From: an uncultured Candidatus Saccharibacteria bacterium
GTDB taxonomy: Bacteria > Patescibacteriota > Doudnabacteria > UBA920
NCBI GenBank assembly: GCA_964505635.1
Contig: CAZDIP010000001.1
Coordinates: 116,386-180,385, forward strand
Length of the DNA: 64,000 nucleotides
Reading direction: 5' to 3'
The position numbers and the translations under genes were made by a program. The notes below the pieces were generated by a model. The model worked only from the letters and a program-made list of their open reading frames with translations. It did no database searches and was not told where the DNA came from. The first letter of the stretch is position 1. Each line of letters opens with the position of its first letter. This document shows, in pieces, positions 20,013 through 30,406 of this stretch.

Positions 20013-20783
20013 ATGAACGAAGTGTTACCCAAATGGCTTGTTTCAGCCTTAGGCAGCCTTTTAATAGTTTTTGTCGCGCTATTAATAGCAGGTAAAGCCA
20101 AAGATTTAAGCGATACTTACAGTAACAAAAACCCGAAGAACACCATGAGCGTTTCAGCTGAAGGTAAAGTTTCCGCAACCCCCGATCTCGCAACTGTTAC
20201 TTTAGGTGTGGTTTCTCAAGGTAAAAACGCAGCTGAAGTTCAGGATCAAAACAGCTCAAAAATTAATAAGATAATTGATTTTGTTAAACAGCAAGGGATA
20301 ACCAAAGACGATATCTCCACTTCACAATTCAATATTTATCCTCGCTACGACTATGTCAGCGGAAAAAACGAAATTAACGGTTATGAGGCAAGGCAGACTA
20401 TTACAATTAAAGTTCGTGGAATAAATCAAGGCACTGAAAAACTTGGAAAAGTAATAGACGGTGCAACTAACAACGGCGCGAATGAGGTTAGCGGAGTGTC
20501 GTTAAGTTTCGAAGATCCTGATAATTTAAGGCAAACGGCAAGACAGAAAGCAATAGAAAAGGCCAAAGAAAAAGCTGAAGAACTGGCGAAATCCGCGGGT
20601 ATTAGACTCGGTAAAGTTGTAAGTGTTTCCGAAAGCAGCGGATACGGCTATCCTGTTCCTATGTACGCTGAAGGTATGGGTGGCGGTTTCGCTTTAGACT
20701 CCGTAAAATCAGCCTCTCCAAATATTGAGCCCGGTAGCCAGGATATTATTGCTCAAATGACAGTGGTATTTGAGGTTAAATAA
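20013..20783 (+). CDS. SIMPL (DUF541/YggE-like) protein
   Basis: VSAEGKVSATPD, GANEV, AKEKAEELA, IEPG. Confidence 0.88.
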   Translation: MNEVLPKWLVSALGSLLIVFVALLIAGKAKDLSDTYSNKNPKNTMSVSAEGKVSATPDLATVTLGVVSQGKNAAEVQDQNSSKINKIIDFVKQQGITKDDISTSQFNIYPRYDYVSGKNEINGYEARQTITIKVRGINQGTEKLGKVIDGATNNGANEVSGVSLSFEDPDNLRQTARQKAIEKAKEKAEELAKSAGIRLGKVVSVSESSGYGYPVPMYAEGMGGGFALDSVKSASPNIEPGSQDIIAQMTVVFEVK

Positions 20784-20786
20784 ATC

Positions 20787-20825
20787 AGCAACAAAAAAAC
20801 CTTCTTTAAAGGTTTTTTTGTTGCT
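20787..20825. terminator. Bidirectional terminator shared by the SIMPL gene and rnpB
   Basis: AGCAACAAAAAAACCTT...AAGGTTTTTTTGTTGCT. Confidence 0.75.
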
Positions 20826-21202
20826 CTAAGCAAACTCATAAGCCGAATTCTGTTTACCCAAAATAAATTTTAGGTTTAATAATCATCTATCTGCCGTCGG
20901 TATTACTACCGAGGTCAAGCAGCCTACCAAATTTGGCCTTGCACTCAAGTAAGGATTTAGCCGTTTCACCTCAAATATTTCTATAAGAGATCGCCCTGTC
21001 ATTTTTGACAGGGCGTTTTATTTCTTTCGAAATAAAACGTTTCTGTTCGCACCTCGCGTTTTACAACGGACGGGTGTTACCCGCTACTCTTTTGATAACT
21101 CTATAGAGGTCATCAATAAGTGTTCGGACTTTCCTCCCCATTCATTGTTTGCAAAATTTTGCAGCTTCCAATCAATGGGCGATTATTCGGTTTGCTTAGA
21201 GC
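20823..21202 (-). ncRNA. rnpB: RNase P RNA
   Basis: Minus strand has GAGGAAAGUCCGAAC (CR-I) and ACAGAAUUCGGCUUA (CR-V); P1 helix GCUCUAAGCAAAC/GUUUGCUUAGAGC. Confidence 0.95.
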
Positions 21203-21208
21203 TTAAAA

Positions 21209-21237
21209 ATGTTAGCATTTTGATTTGTTTTTGTCAA
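21209..21237 (-). promoter_or_regulatory. rnpB promoter
   Basis: TTGACA-N17-TAACAT with extended TG, ending 6 nt before P1. Confidence 0.75.
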
Positions 21238-21265
21238 GTAAAAATGGTATAATTTAAATCTAAAT

Positions 21266-22702
21266 ATGAAAAAATCAGAACTTGTTTTTAATTTAATTTC
21301 AATACCTGCTGATATAGTTATGCTTTTTTTAGCAGGCATAATTTCCTTTTATTTAAGGCAAGAAACCACCAATATAGTGGGCCCGATTATTTATCAGTTA
21401 GACCTGAAAGACTTTTTGAATATAAGCTACAAAATTATTGCATCCTTGTCGCTAATTTTCGCATTCTTGGGACTTTATAATTTAAAAGGCACAAGAAAAT
21501 TCACAACGGAACTTGGAAAAATAATTATTGGGGTTTCATTAGGACTTTTGATTATCATATTGCTTTTTTTCTTTAATCAAAGCATTTTTCCTTCAAGGTT
21601 TATTATTTTGGCGACTTGGGCATTGGGTATTATTTTTGTTATATTCGGCAGACTGGTCATTAAATTTGTTCAGCGCTGGTATTTTTTAAAAGGCGTGGGG
21701 CTGCACAAGCTCGCAATCATTAGTGGTGACAATCCTCTCGCAAAAGCTGTGGATGCGGTTTATACCAAAAAACAATATGGGTATGAAGTTGTCGGCAGGT
21801 TTAAATATGACAGTGATGTGACTTTGAAATTAGAGGAGTTGTTTAAAAATAGCCGGCTGGATGAAATTTTACAGACTGATTACTTGTTATCTGATGAACA
21901 AAATTTAAGTTTGGTTGAATTTGCCCGTGCCAAGGGTTTAAGTTTCAGTTTTGTTCCAAATCTTTTTGAAGTTCAGCGCAATGCCATAGAAATTTATAAT
22001 GATTCGGGAATCCCTGTCATAGCTTTGAAAAATACTCCTTTGGACGGGTGGGGTAAGGTAGCAAAAAGAATTTTTGATGTTTTTTCCAGCACGATCTGTT
22101 TAATTTTAACCTTGCCATTATTTATATTTATTTCTTTTGCGATTAAAATTAACAGCCCCGGCAGAGTTATTTATGCCTCGCCACGGGGCGGCAAGGGCAA
22201 TAATTTTCAATTTTATAAATTTAGAAGCATGTTTAGTCATTTAAGCGTAGGCAGTAATTATGGGGGCGAGGGGGCTGAAAAAATCAGACAAGAGCTTTGG
22301 AAAAAAAATGACAGGGGGGGAGAAAATTCTCCCTTTTTGAAAATTAAGAAAGACCCCCGCGTAACCAGTGTAGGCAGGTTTTTACGCAAAACTAAATTAG
22401 ATGAAATACCCCAATTTTGGAATGTTTTAAAGGGTGATATGAGTATGGTTGGGCCAAGAGCACATGTCTTAGACGAAGTACAGCGCTATAAAGACAGGTA
22501 TCCTAGAATGTTCAGTATTAAACCGGGTATTTTTGGTTTTTCTCAAGTTGCCCAGCTAAGCTGGCCAGACTTGCCGTTTGAAGAAGAAATTAGATTAAAT
22601 ATTTTTTATATTGAAAATTGGTCTCTGTGGCTGGATATAAAGATTTTAACCAAGAGTTTTGTTTTATTATTTTTTGGAAAAAAAAATTTGGAAGATTACT
22701 AA
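21266..22702 (+). CDS. Undecaprenyl-phosphate sugar phosphotransferase (WcaJ/CpsE-like priming transferase)
   Basis: KRIFD, KFRSM, DPRVT, KLDEIPQFWNVLKGDMSMVGPR. Confidence 0.93.
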   Translation: MKKSELVFNLISIPADIVMLFLAGIISFYLRQETTNIVGPIIYQLDLKDFLNISYKIIASLSLIFAFLGLYNLKGTRKFTTELGKIIIGVSLGLLIIILLFFFNQSIFPSRFIILATWALGIIFVIFGRLVIKFVQRWYFLKGVGLHKLAIISGDNPLAKAVDAVYTKKQYGYEVVGRFKYDSDVTLKLEELFKNSRLDEILQTDYLLSDEQNLSLVEFARAKGLSFSFVPNLFEVQRNAIEIYNDSGIPVIALKNTPLDGWGKVAKRIFDVFSSTICLILTLPLFIFISFAIKINSPGRVIYASPRGGKGNNFQFYKFRSMFSHLSVGSNYGGEGAEKIRQELWKKNDRGGENSPFLKIKKDPRVTSVGRFLRKTKLDEIPQFWNVLKGDMSMVGPRAHVLDEVQRYKDRYPRMFSIKPGIFGFSQVAQLSWPDLPFEEEIRLNIFYIENWSLWLDIKILTKSFVLLFFGKKNLEDY

Positions 22703-22736
22703 AGAACGCCCTATTTATGAGTGAACATTTAAAAGG

Positions 22737-23804
22737 ATGAAAGTAGCAATAATACATGACAGTTTTACTCAAATGGGGGGTGCTGAGCGAGTAGTGGAGA
22801 ATTTACACGAGCTTTTTCCAAATGCCCCGGTTTTTACTTTGGTTTTTGACAAAAAGTTTGCCAAAAAGTATGAAGATTGGGATATACGAACCTCTTCTTT
22901 GCAGGTTTTATACTATATTTTTGGCAAATTTCAATATTTGTTACCGTGGATGGTTTGGGGTGTCAATCAATTAAATTTTAACGAGTATGATGTTGTAATT
23001 TCCTCGTCTTCCGGATTTGTAAAAAATATCCAGGTTTCAAAAAATACCAAACATATTTGTTACTGTCATACGCCACCTAGATTTTTGTGGATAGATAACG
23101 AATATGTGAACCATGAGGTTCCTTTTCCTATCCGCCCGCTTGCAAGGTATATATTATTCAAAATGCGCAAATGGGATTTAAATGGTTCAAAGCGCGTAAG
23201 TTTATTTATTGCCAACTCCAAAGAAGTTCAAAAGAGGATTAAAGATATTTATGAAAGGAATAGCGAAGTTGTTTACCCGGGGGTTGACACTGAATTTTGG
23301 CGGCCAACCAGATCTAAAAGTGATTACTTTTTAATAGCAGGCCGTTTACAGACTCATAAGAATAACGAGTTGGCAGTGGAAATTTTTAATAGTTTAGAGA
23401 TACCTCTGCATATTATCGGTACAGGCAGGCAGGAAAAATACTTGAAATCTTTGGCTAAACCCAACATTACTTTTTTAGGAGCTGTGGATGACAATAAATT
23501 GCGTGACGAATATAGCGGGGCCTTGGGTTTTATTTACCCTCAGGTGGAAGATTTTGGCCTTATGCCGCTTGAAGCCGCGGCTTGCGGTACGGCAACCATT
23601 GCTTTAAATAAGGGTGGCGCTCTGGAAACAGTTCTGCCCGGAGTTACTGGGGAATTCTTTAACCATAAAGATGAATTAAAGCAGATTATTTTAAACTGGC
23701 AAGCTAAAAAATATTTACCCGCGAACCTTCATAGACAGGCCTTAAATTTTAGCAAGGACAAGTTTAAGGAAAAATTATCAAAACTTTTGGAAAATATCTT
23801 ATGA
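22737..23804 (+). CDS. GT4 glycosyltransferase (WbaZ-like)
   Basis: GGAERV, YCHTPPR, EDFGLMPLEA. Confidence 0.92.
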   Translation: MKVAIIHDSFTQMGGAERVVENLHELFPNAPVFTLVFDKKFAKKYEDWDIRTSSLQVLYYIFGKFQYLLPWMVWGVNQLNFNEYDVVISSSSGFVKNIQVSKNTKHICYCHTPPRFLWIDNEYVNHEVPFPIRPLARYILFKMRKWDLNGSKRVSLFIANSKEVQKRIKDIYERNSEVVYPGVDTEFWRPTRSKSDYFLIAGRLQTHKNNELAVEIFNSLEIPLHIIGTGRQEKYLKSLAKPNITFLGAVDDNKLRDEYSGALGFIYPQVEDFGLMPLEAAACGTATIALNKGGALETVLPGVTGEFFNHKDELKQIILNWQAKKYLPANLHRQALNFSKDKFKEKLSKLLENIL

Positions 23805-24934
23805 AAATTGCTATTGATTTAAGGAGCCTATCAAGCGGAAGTGTGAGCGGTGTAGAAAACTACACCCTGAATTTGCTTGACTATCTTTTAAAAATTGACC
23901 GTGAAAATACCTACGTCTTATTCTTCAATTCTTTTTTTAAAGTTAAGTTGCCCGAATTTGGTTATGTTAATGCTAAAGTTAAGTTTACCCGCTGGCCGAA
24001 CAAACTTTTAAATTTTTTATTTAAATTCAGATTAATTTCTTTAGAAAAACTTATTGGGAATTTTGATGTTTTGTTTATGCCTAATTTAAACCAATTCAAT
24101 ATAAACACTGGGGCTAAACTAGCTTTAACCGTACACGATTTATCTCCTTTGGTTACTCCTGAATTTTATGATTTTAAAAGAAGAGTTTGGCATTATTTTT
24201 TAAACTATGAAAAAGCTTTTAATAGAGCCGATGTGATTTTTGCAGTTTCGGAATATACTAAAAATGATCTACTTAAACTTTTTAGTGTAAAAAAAGATAA
24301 AATTAAAGTTATATATCCGGGCATAGACCAAAAAATCTTTAATACGCAAATACCTGTTTCTACATTACGTGATGTACGAAATAAATACAGTCTCCCCGGA
24401 GATTATATTTTATTTTTAAACACGATTGAGCCTCGTAAAAATTTGAGCAATCTAATAAAAGCTTTTGAAAATGTTTCAGAACCTTATTATTTAGTTATTG
24501 CTGGTAAGAAGGGTTGGAAATATTCACAGCTATTTAAAGAAGTTAAGAATAGCCGAAAAAATTTTAGAATTAAATATTTGGGATATTTGCCGGAAGAGGA
24601 CAAGCCCGCAGTTATCAAACTTGCGAAAATGCTGGTTTATCCTTCTTTCTACGAGGGTTTTGGCTTCCAGCCTTTAGAGGCTTTATTTTGCGGAACCCCC
24701 GCTATTGTATCCAACGTAACTTCTTTGCCTGAAATTGTTGGTAAGGCCGGGTATTTAGTAAACCCATATAATATCTCAGAAATTCAAAAATCTATAGAAG
24801 CCTTAATTAAAAACGAGGGTTCAGAAAATGATGTGCAAATGGATGTCAAAAATTTAAACCTAAAAGAAAAGTATGATTGGCAACTTACCGCCAAACAGAC
24901 CCTTAACGAAATTAAATTGATATGTCAAAAATAG
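23801..24934 (+). CDS. GT4 glycosyltransferase
   Basis: TVHDL, EPRKN, YEGFGFQPLEA. Confidence 0.92.
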   Translation: MKIAIDLRSLSSGSVSGVENYTLNLLDYLLKIDRENTYVLFFNSFFKVKLPEFGYVNAKVKFTRWPNKLLNFLFKFRLISLEKLIGNFDVLFMPNLNQFNINTGAKLALTVHDLSPLVTPEFYDFKRRVWHYFLNYEKAFNRADVIFAVSEYTKNDLLKLFSVKKDKIKVIYPGIDQKIFNTQIPVSTLRDVRNKYSLPGDYILFLNTIEPRKNLSNLIKAFENVSEPYYLVIAGKKGWKYSQLFKEVKNSRKNFRIKYLGYLPEEDKPAVIKLAKMLVYPSFYEGFGFQPLEALFCGTPAIVSNVTSLPEIVGKAGYLVNPYNISEIQKSIEALIKNEGSENDVQMDVKNLNLKEKYDWQLTAKQTLNEIKLICQK

Positions 24935-26052
24935 GTATTGATTTACGAATGGTGACTGAGGGGCAAAGCGGCATTAGCCGATATTCTTTAGAATTATCCA
25001 GGCATTTAGTAGGACTTGATTCCGGCCACCAATATACTTTGTTTTTTAATCAAGCAGGAGAAAAAATTGTTACAAAGTGTTTTAGCGGCCAGCCAAATGT
25101 AATTTTAGTAATGGCCAATGTGAGGCATTATTCTTTTGCCGAGCAGGCCGGGTTTGTCAGGATGCTTAATAAGCACAACCTGGATTTAATGCATTTTACT
25201 AACTTCAATGTGCCTATCATGTATAAAAAGCCTTATGTTGTAACAATCCATGATGTTGTACACCATAAAATCAGCGGGCAAAAAAAAGTAAGATTTTTTA
25301 AGTTTTTGGCCTACAAAAAAATTATTTCTACAGCTGTAAAAAATTCCAGAGCCATAATCACAGTTTCTCAATTTTCAAAAAGTGATATAATAAAAACCTT
25401 TAAAATTCCTGCTAGAAAAGTTGAAGTGATTCACGAAGGAGCTAGTTTAAATACTGATTTTACGGAAGAGGATGTTAATAAAATAAAAAATAAGTATCTT
25501 TTAAACAAGCCTTATTTTCTGTTTGTCGGGGTTCTTGAAAGGAAAAAAAATATAATAAATTTAACTCGCGGTTTTGACAAATTTTTGGAAAATTTTAATC
25601 TTGATATGGATTTGGTTATTGCGGGTCCAGCCGATAAGCATTACCCGGAAATTAGACATAAAGCACAGGATATAAGTAATAAAAACAGGCTTGTTTTTAC
25701 TGATTTTGTAGAAGACCGCGATTTAGGCGCGCTTTATAAAGGCGCTTTTGCTTTTGTCTCCGCCTCGTTACATGAAGGGTTCGGTTTACCCGGAGTGGAA
25801 GCTATGCGCTTTGGGCTGCCTTTGATTGTCTCTAATTTAGATGTTTTTAATGAAGTATACGATAACGCAGCAGTTTATTTTGATCCTCAAAACCCAGAGG
25901 ATATAGCAGAAAAACTTTTTTTGCTCGCCAACGACCATAAATATTACGAAGAACTTTCCAAAAAAAGCTTGATAAGGGCTAAGTTTTTTAACTGGCCGGA
26001 ATGCGCACAAAAAACTTTAAATTTGTACAACCAAATAACGGTTATTGAATAA
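24922..26052 (+). CDS. GT4 glycosyltransferase
   Basis: TIHD, RKKN, HEGFGLPGVEA. Confidence 0.92.
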   Translation: MSKIGIDLRMVTEGQSGISRYSLELSRHLVGLDSGHQYTLFFNQAGEKIVTKCFSGQPNVILVMANVRHYSFAEQAGFVRMLNKHNLDLMHFTNFNVPIMYKKPYVVTIHDVVHHKISGQKKVRFFKFLAYKKIISTAVKNSRAIITVSQFSKSDIIKTFKIPARKVEVIHEGASLNTDFTEEDVNKIKNKYLLNKPYFLFVGVLERKKNIINLTRGFDKFLENFNLDMDLVIAGPADKHYPEIRHKAQDISNKNRLVFTDFVEDRDLGALYKGAFAFVSASLHEGFGLPGVEAMRFGLPLIVSNLDVFNEVYDNAAVYFDPQNPEDIAEKLFLLANDHKYYEELSKKSLIRAKFFNWPECAQKTLNLYNQITVIE

Positions 26053-26054
26053 TT

Positions 26055-27143
26055 ATGAAAATTTTACTAGTCGGCGGAGGTAGTGGAGGCAGCGTTTCCC
26101 CGCTACTTGCTGTTGCTGAAAAAATCAAACAAAAACAGCCGGGAAGTTTGTTTTTGTTTGTCGGCGGATTCAAAGGGCCGGAGAGGGAAATGGCGGAAAA
26201 AGCCGGTATGCCGTTTGTTAAAATTCCGGCAGGTAAGTTGCGCAGGTACTTTAGTTTAAAAAATTTATTTGCGCCTTTTTTAACACTGGTTGGTTTTATT
26301 TTAGCCATAAAAATATTAAAGCAATTTAAACCCCGATGTGTTTTTGGTACCGGCAGTTTCTTACAAGTCCCCGTAATTTGGGCGGCCTGGTTTCTAAAAA
26401 TACCCAGTGTAATCCACCAGCAAGATATAATCCCGAGTTTGGCTAACAAATTATGCCAGTGGCCGGCAAAAAAAATTACTGTTACGTTTGAACAGTCAGC
26501 AAAAGATTTTAGTTCCGGCCTCGGACTTTTTTACAGTAAACTTGAAAATAAAGCGGTTCTAACCGGAAATCCTTTTAGGCACAATTTAGAAGGTTTTACG
26601 CGTGAATCAGGGCTTAGGCATTTTGGACTTTCGCCGGATTTTCCCACGTTATTAGTTTTAGGCGGTGGAACAGGCGCGGAATTTTTAAATAAACTTGTTG
26701 AAAAAAGTCTTGGTGATTTAATTAAATACGTGCAAATTATACATTCAACCGGCAGAGGAAAAATAACTCGCACGCAAATTTATAACAGGTACAAGCGCTA
26801 TGAGTTCATTTCAGAAATGGGGCAGGCATTTGCAGCGTCGGATTTTGTGCTCAGCCGGGCCGGACTTTCTACAATAACAGAACTTTCCAACTTACAAAAA
26901 GTCAGCATTTTGGTTCCGATACCTAAAACACACCAAGAAATTAACGCCTTGCTATTAATGGAAAAAAAATGCGCATTGGTTGTTCCGCAAAAAGCTTTGA
27001 ACACAGAAACTTTTGTACGGCTTATCCGTAAGCTTATTTTTGAGAACCAGCTACAAAAAAATTTACAAAAAAACATTGGAAAAATCATGCCTAAAAACTC
27101 AGCCGAAAAAATTTCTGATATTATTATTAAACTAGCAAACTAA
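26055..27143 (+). CDS. murG: MurG GlcNAc transferase
   Basis: GGGSGG, GKLRRY, TGNP, LGGG.GA, SRAG, HQ..NA. Confidence 0.9.
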   Translation: MKILLVGGGSGGSVSPLLAVAEKIKQKQPGSLFLFVGGFKGPEREMAEKAGMPFVKIPAGKLRRYFSLKNLFAPFLTLVGFILAIKILKQFKPRCVFGTGSFLQVPVIWAAWFLKIPSVIHQQDIIPSLANKLCQWPAKKITVTFEQSAKDFSSGLGLFYSKLENKAVLTGNPFRHNLEGFTRESGLRHFGLSPDFPTLLVLGGGTGAEFLNKLVEKSLGDLIKYVQIIHSTGRGKITRTQIYNRYKRYEFISEMGQAFAASDFVLSRAGLSTITELSNLQKVSILVPIPKTHQEINALLLMEKKCALVVPQKALNTETFVRLIRKLIFENQLQKNLQKNIGKIMPKNSAEKISDIIIKLAN

Positions 27144-28087
27144 TGGTTAAAGATAGGCCTACTTTAGGACTCGCTTTAAGTGGAAGCGGTAACCGAACCG
27201 CATTTTATATTGGATTTTTGGAATATCTCAAAACTCAGGAAATTCAAATACACTACATAACGGCTATGTCAGGGGGTTCTTTGGCAGCTGCCGCCTTTGC
27301 GTGCGGAAGCCTGGATCAATTAAAAAATATCACCTTAAACTTAAACAGTAAAAATATAAAAAAATATTTTGTGAAAGCAAGCGGCCACGGCGGACTTTAC
27401 AGCTTAGATATTGTGGAAGAAGAAATGCGAAATTTAACCCAGGGCAAAAATTTTGAGGATGTAAGGCCTATTATGACCTTTATTGGAGTTGATGTTGAGT
27501 CGGGTGAGTTGTTGGAAATGTGTATGGGAGATATTGCGCGAGCAGCTAGAGTTTCGTGTACTTTACCGGGGATTTTTGAACCCGTTAAATGGGGTAATAA
27601 AACTTTAGTCGATGGAGGTTTGCTTTCTCAGGTCCCAACAGCTTCCTTGAAAAAATTCCAGCCTGATGTGACAATTGGCATTAATATGCGAGGCACAAAG
27701 CACATTTTTACCGAACGGCAAATCTCACTAAAAAAAATCTTTAATTTTATAAAGAAAATTTTGTTTTTAGACGAAATCGGATTGTTTGTGAACGGAGTAG
27801 GAACAGGACTTTTTGGATCTGACCTCAATAAAGAAAAAGAGTTGAGTATTTTTAGTATATTGGGCAAAAGTATGGATTTGGCCATAAAGGCAAACCAAAA
27901 TGCTGAAACAGAAAAAATTGAGTGTGACTTGCTTATTACCCCAAATATTCCCAAACTAAAACGCTCTGAATTGTCGGAAGAAAGTATGATATATTATTAT
28001 GAATTAGGTATGAAAACAGCTAAAGACTATCTGCCAAAAATTTCAAAATTGTTGGAGAAAGGAAAAATCTATGAAAAACAGCTCTGA
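27143..28087 (+). CDS. Patatin-like phospholipase
   Basis: LALSGSGNR, AMSGG nucleophile elbow, LVDGG. Confidence 0.85.
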   Translation: MVKDRPTLGLALSGSGNRTAFYIGFLEYLKTQEIQIHYITAMSGGSLAAAAFACGSLDQLKNITLNLNSKNIKKYFVKASGHGGLYSLDIVEEEMRNLTQGKNFEDVRPIMTFIGVDVESGELLEMCMGDIARAARVSCTLPGIFEPVKWGNKTLVDGGLLSQVPTASLKKFQPDVTIGINMRGTKHIFTERQISLKKIFNFIKKILFLDEIGLFVNGVGTGLFGSDLNKEKELSIFSILGKSMDLAIKANQNAETEKIECDLLITPNIPKLKRSELSEESMIYYYELGMKTAKDYLPKISKLLEKGKIYEKQL

Positions 28088-29528
28088 ATTAAATAATTTA
28101 CTAGAAGGCGTCGAAAAAGTTTACTTTGTCGGAATTGGCGGTATCGCCATGTCAGCTGCTGCTAACTTAGCTAAACTTACTGGTTTGGAAGTTTTGGGCA
28201 GCGATAGCAAAACCGTCTATGACCCGGCAAAGGGAGTCTTAGATGAAAATCAAATCGCATATAAGGTAGGTTACGATGAAAAAAATGTAGCAAAAAATCC
28301 AGCTGATTTATATGTTCTTTCGGCAGGCGAAGGCTTAGAAAACCCGGAAGTCAAATATATTGTTGAAAAAAACTGGGTGAGAACAGGTTTAGCTGAATTT
28401 TTATTTAATTTAAGCAGGCAGAAACTCCGTGTAGTTATTGCCGGTACTCACGGTAAATCCACCACAGCGGCATTTTTGGGCCACATGCTAAAGAATCTTG
28501 ACGACTCTTCATTTATGGCTGGCGCCGTGCTCCAGAATTACCAAAGTAATTTTTATTTAGGAGAGGGTAATTATTTTATTTTTGAGGGCGATGAATATAA
28601 AGAACAATTTGACGACCCAAGCCCGAAATTTCATTATTACAAGCCGGATATTTTAGTTTTGACAAATTTGGAATATGATCACCCCGATCTTTTTGAAAGT
28701 TTCGATATTTTGGAAAATGAATTTAGGCAACTTATAGCCAACATGCCTGAAGACGGCCTTATAATTTATAACGGCGACGACGCAAATTTAACCAAGCTTG
28801 TCCATGAGTCAAACGTTTCAAGCGCAAGTTTTGGCGTAGAGAATGAGGCAGATTTTAAAATTGAAAACATCCAATACGGCCAATATACCAAATTCAGCCT
28901 TTATAATAAATTTTCAAAAAATCTATCCGCCCAGTTGGGCCAGCAGCTGGAAGAATACCAAATTCAGCTGCCCGGTAAACTAAATGTTTACAATGCTTTG
29001 GCGGTTGTCTCTACTTTAAGGGCCTTAGGCTTTCAGCCCGACCAGATTGCTTTGGATTTATTAACCTATGCCGGTGTTAAACGCAGGTTTGAAGTGGTAG
29101 GAGTAAAAAACGGCGTTACTATTATTGACGACTACGCGCATCACCCAACAGCGGTTATGGAAACGCTAAAGGCTGCCAAGTTAAAGTACCCTAATTCTAA
29201 ACTCTGGGCAGTGTTTGAACCCCACACTTTTAGCCGAACCCAGGCTACCTTGCCGGAATTGATTAAGGCTTTTGAGTCCGCTGATGAAGTTTTGATCTCA
29301 GAAATTTACCCGGCCAGGGAAAAAATTTCCAATGCGCCTATATCATCAACCGACATAATAAAAGAAATGGTTAATAAAAAACATAAAACCAAAGATACCG
29401 TCCGTCTTGTCCCTGACAAACAGGCAGCTCTAGATATTTTAAAAAAGGAAACTAAAGAAGGTGATGTAATAGTTGTTATGGCCGTAGGAGACTTTAACCT
29501 TTTAGCTTATAATTTAATACAGCAATAA
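28071..29528 (+). CDS. murC: MurC/Mpl-family UDP-MurNAc peptide ligase
   Basis: GIGGIAMS, GTHGKSTT, EGDEY, DHPD, DDYAHHP, FEPHTFSRT. Confidence 0.8.
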   Translation: MKNSSELNNLLEGVEKVYFVGIGGIAMSAAANLAKLTGLEVLGSDSKTVYDPAKGVLDENQIAYKVGYDEKNVAKNPADLYVLSAGEGLENPEVKYIVEKNWVRTGLAEFLFNLSRQKLRVVIAGTHGKSTTAAFLGHMLKNLDDSSFMAGAVLQNYQSNFYLGEGNYFIFEGDEYKEQFDDPSPKFHYYKPDILVLTNLEYDHPDLFESFDILENEFRQLIANMPEDGLIIYNGDDANLTKLVHESNVSSASFGVENEADFKIENIQYGQYTKFSLYNKFSKNLSAQLGQQLEEYQIQLPGKLNVYNALAVVSTLRALGFQPDQIALDLLTYAGVKRRFEVVGVKNGVTIIDDYAHHPTAVMETLKAAKLKYPNSKLWAVFEPHTFSRTQATLPELIKAFESADEVLISEIYPAREKISNAPISSTDIIKEMVNKKHKTKDTVRLVPDKQAALDILKKETKEGDVIVVMAVGDFNLLAYNLIQQ

Positions 29529-30368
29529 ATGCACCCGGTTATTAGACATTTAAAATCTCGTAAAAACAAAGCAATGCCATTTTGCGATCGAAGAAAAATT
29601 GCGCTAGTTAATTTCGGCGGTTTTATGAGTGGTGTAAGAAATGCCGGTGCTATGGTTGCTTTATTGGAAATGGGCTACGGAAAATCGTTTGATTCTATTT
29701 ACACCATATCCAGCGGATTTTTTAATGCATTAAGTTTTTTATCAGGTGACGGACAAAAAAATATAAGCGTGTATTATGAGAATCTTATCTCAAAAAATTT
29801 TTTTAACCCCCTTAGGCTATACAAATTAATTGACTCTGATTATTTAGTGAATATTCTTAATAAAGCTAAAAAAGTTAACATTGAAAATATTTTAGAACAA
29901 AAAACCGAGTTATTTTTAAGAGTAAGAAACCTAGGCAAAAATCGCGATGAATATTTAGAAGTACATAAATTTAAAAAGCCTTCTTTTAAAAAACTTTTTA
30001 AACTCGCTGCATCGGCTCCATATTTATCGCCAGGTTATGTAAGATTAAGACTAAATAATTATAAGGATCCACAAATGACCGAACTTCAAACAATCGAGCA
30101 TGTCAACTATGTTTTAAATTCCAAGGCCACCGATATTTTGATATTATATAATGAAAAATCCCAATATCTTTACGCAAAAAAACATGTGCCGGCTATTAAT
30201 AGTGACAGAATCTTTAATATTTATCCGTTGCAAAGCAGTATATTAGATAGGGTGGAAACTAGCCCAAAAAAATTAATGGTCAGCGCCGCGAGCATGGGAC
30301 GCTTATGTAAAAAGGCTTTTGGGCTAAGAAGCTCAATAAAACTTTATAAAAGTCCGGATAAAAAATAA
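29529..30368 (+). CDS. Divergent patatin-like protein
   Basis: GGFMSG and TISSG motifs; DGG replaced by DPQ. Confidence 0.6.
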   Translation: MHPVIRHLKSRKNKAMPFCDRRKIALVNFGGFMSGVRNAGAMVALLEMGYGKSFDSIYTISSGFFNALSFLSGDGQKNISVYYENLISKNFFNPLRLYKLIDSDYLVNILNKAKKVNIENILEQKTELFLRVRNLGKNRDEYLEVHKFKKPSFKKLFKLAASAPYLSPGYVRLRLNNYKDPQMTELQTIEHVNYVLNSKATDILILYNEKSQYLYAKKHVPAINSDRIFNIYPLQSSILDRVETSPKKLMVSAASMGRLCKKAFGLRSSIKLYKSPDKK

Positions 30369-30406
30369 TGTTTTAATAAAAAATTTTATAATTTAATCGA
30401 TCAAAA

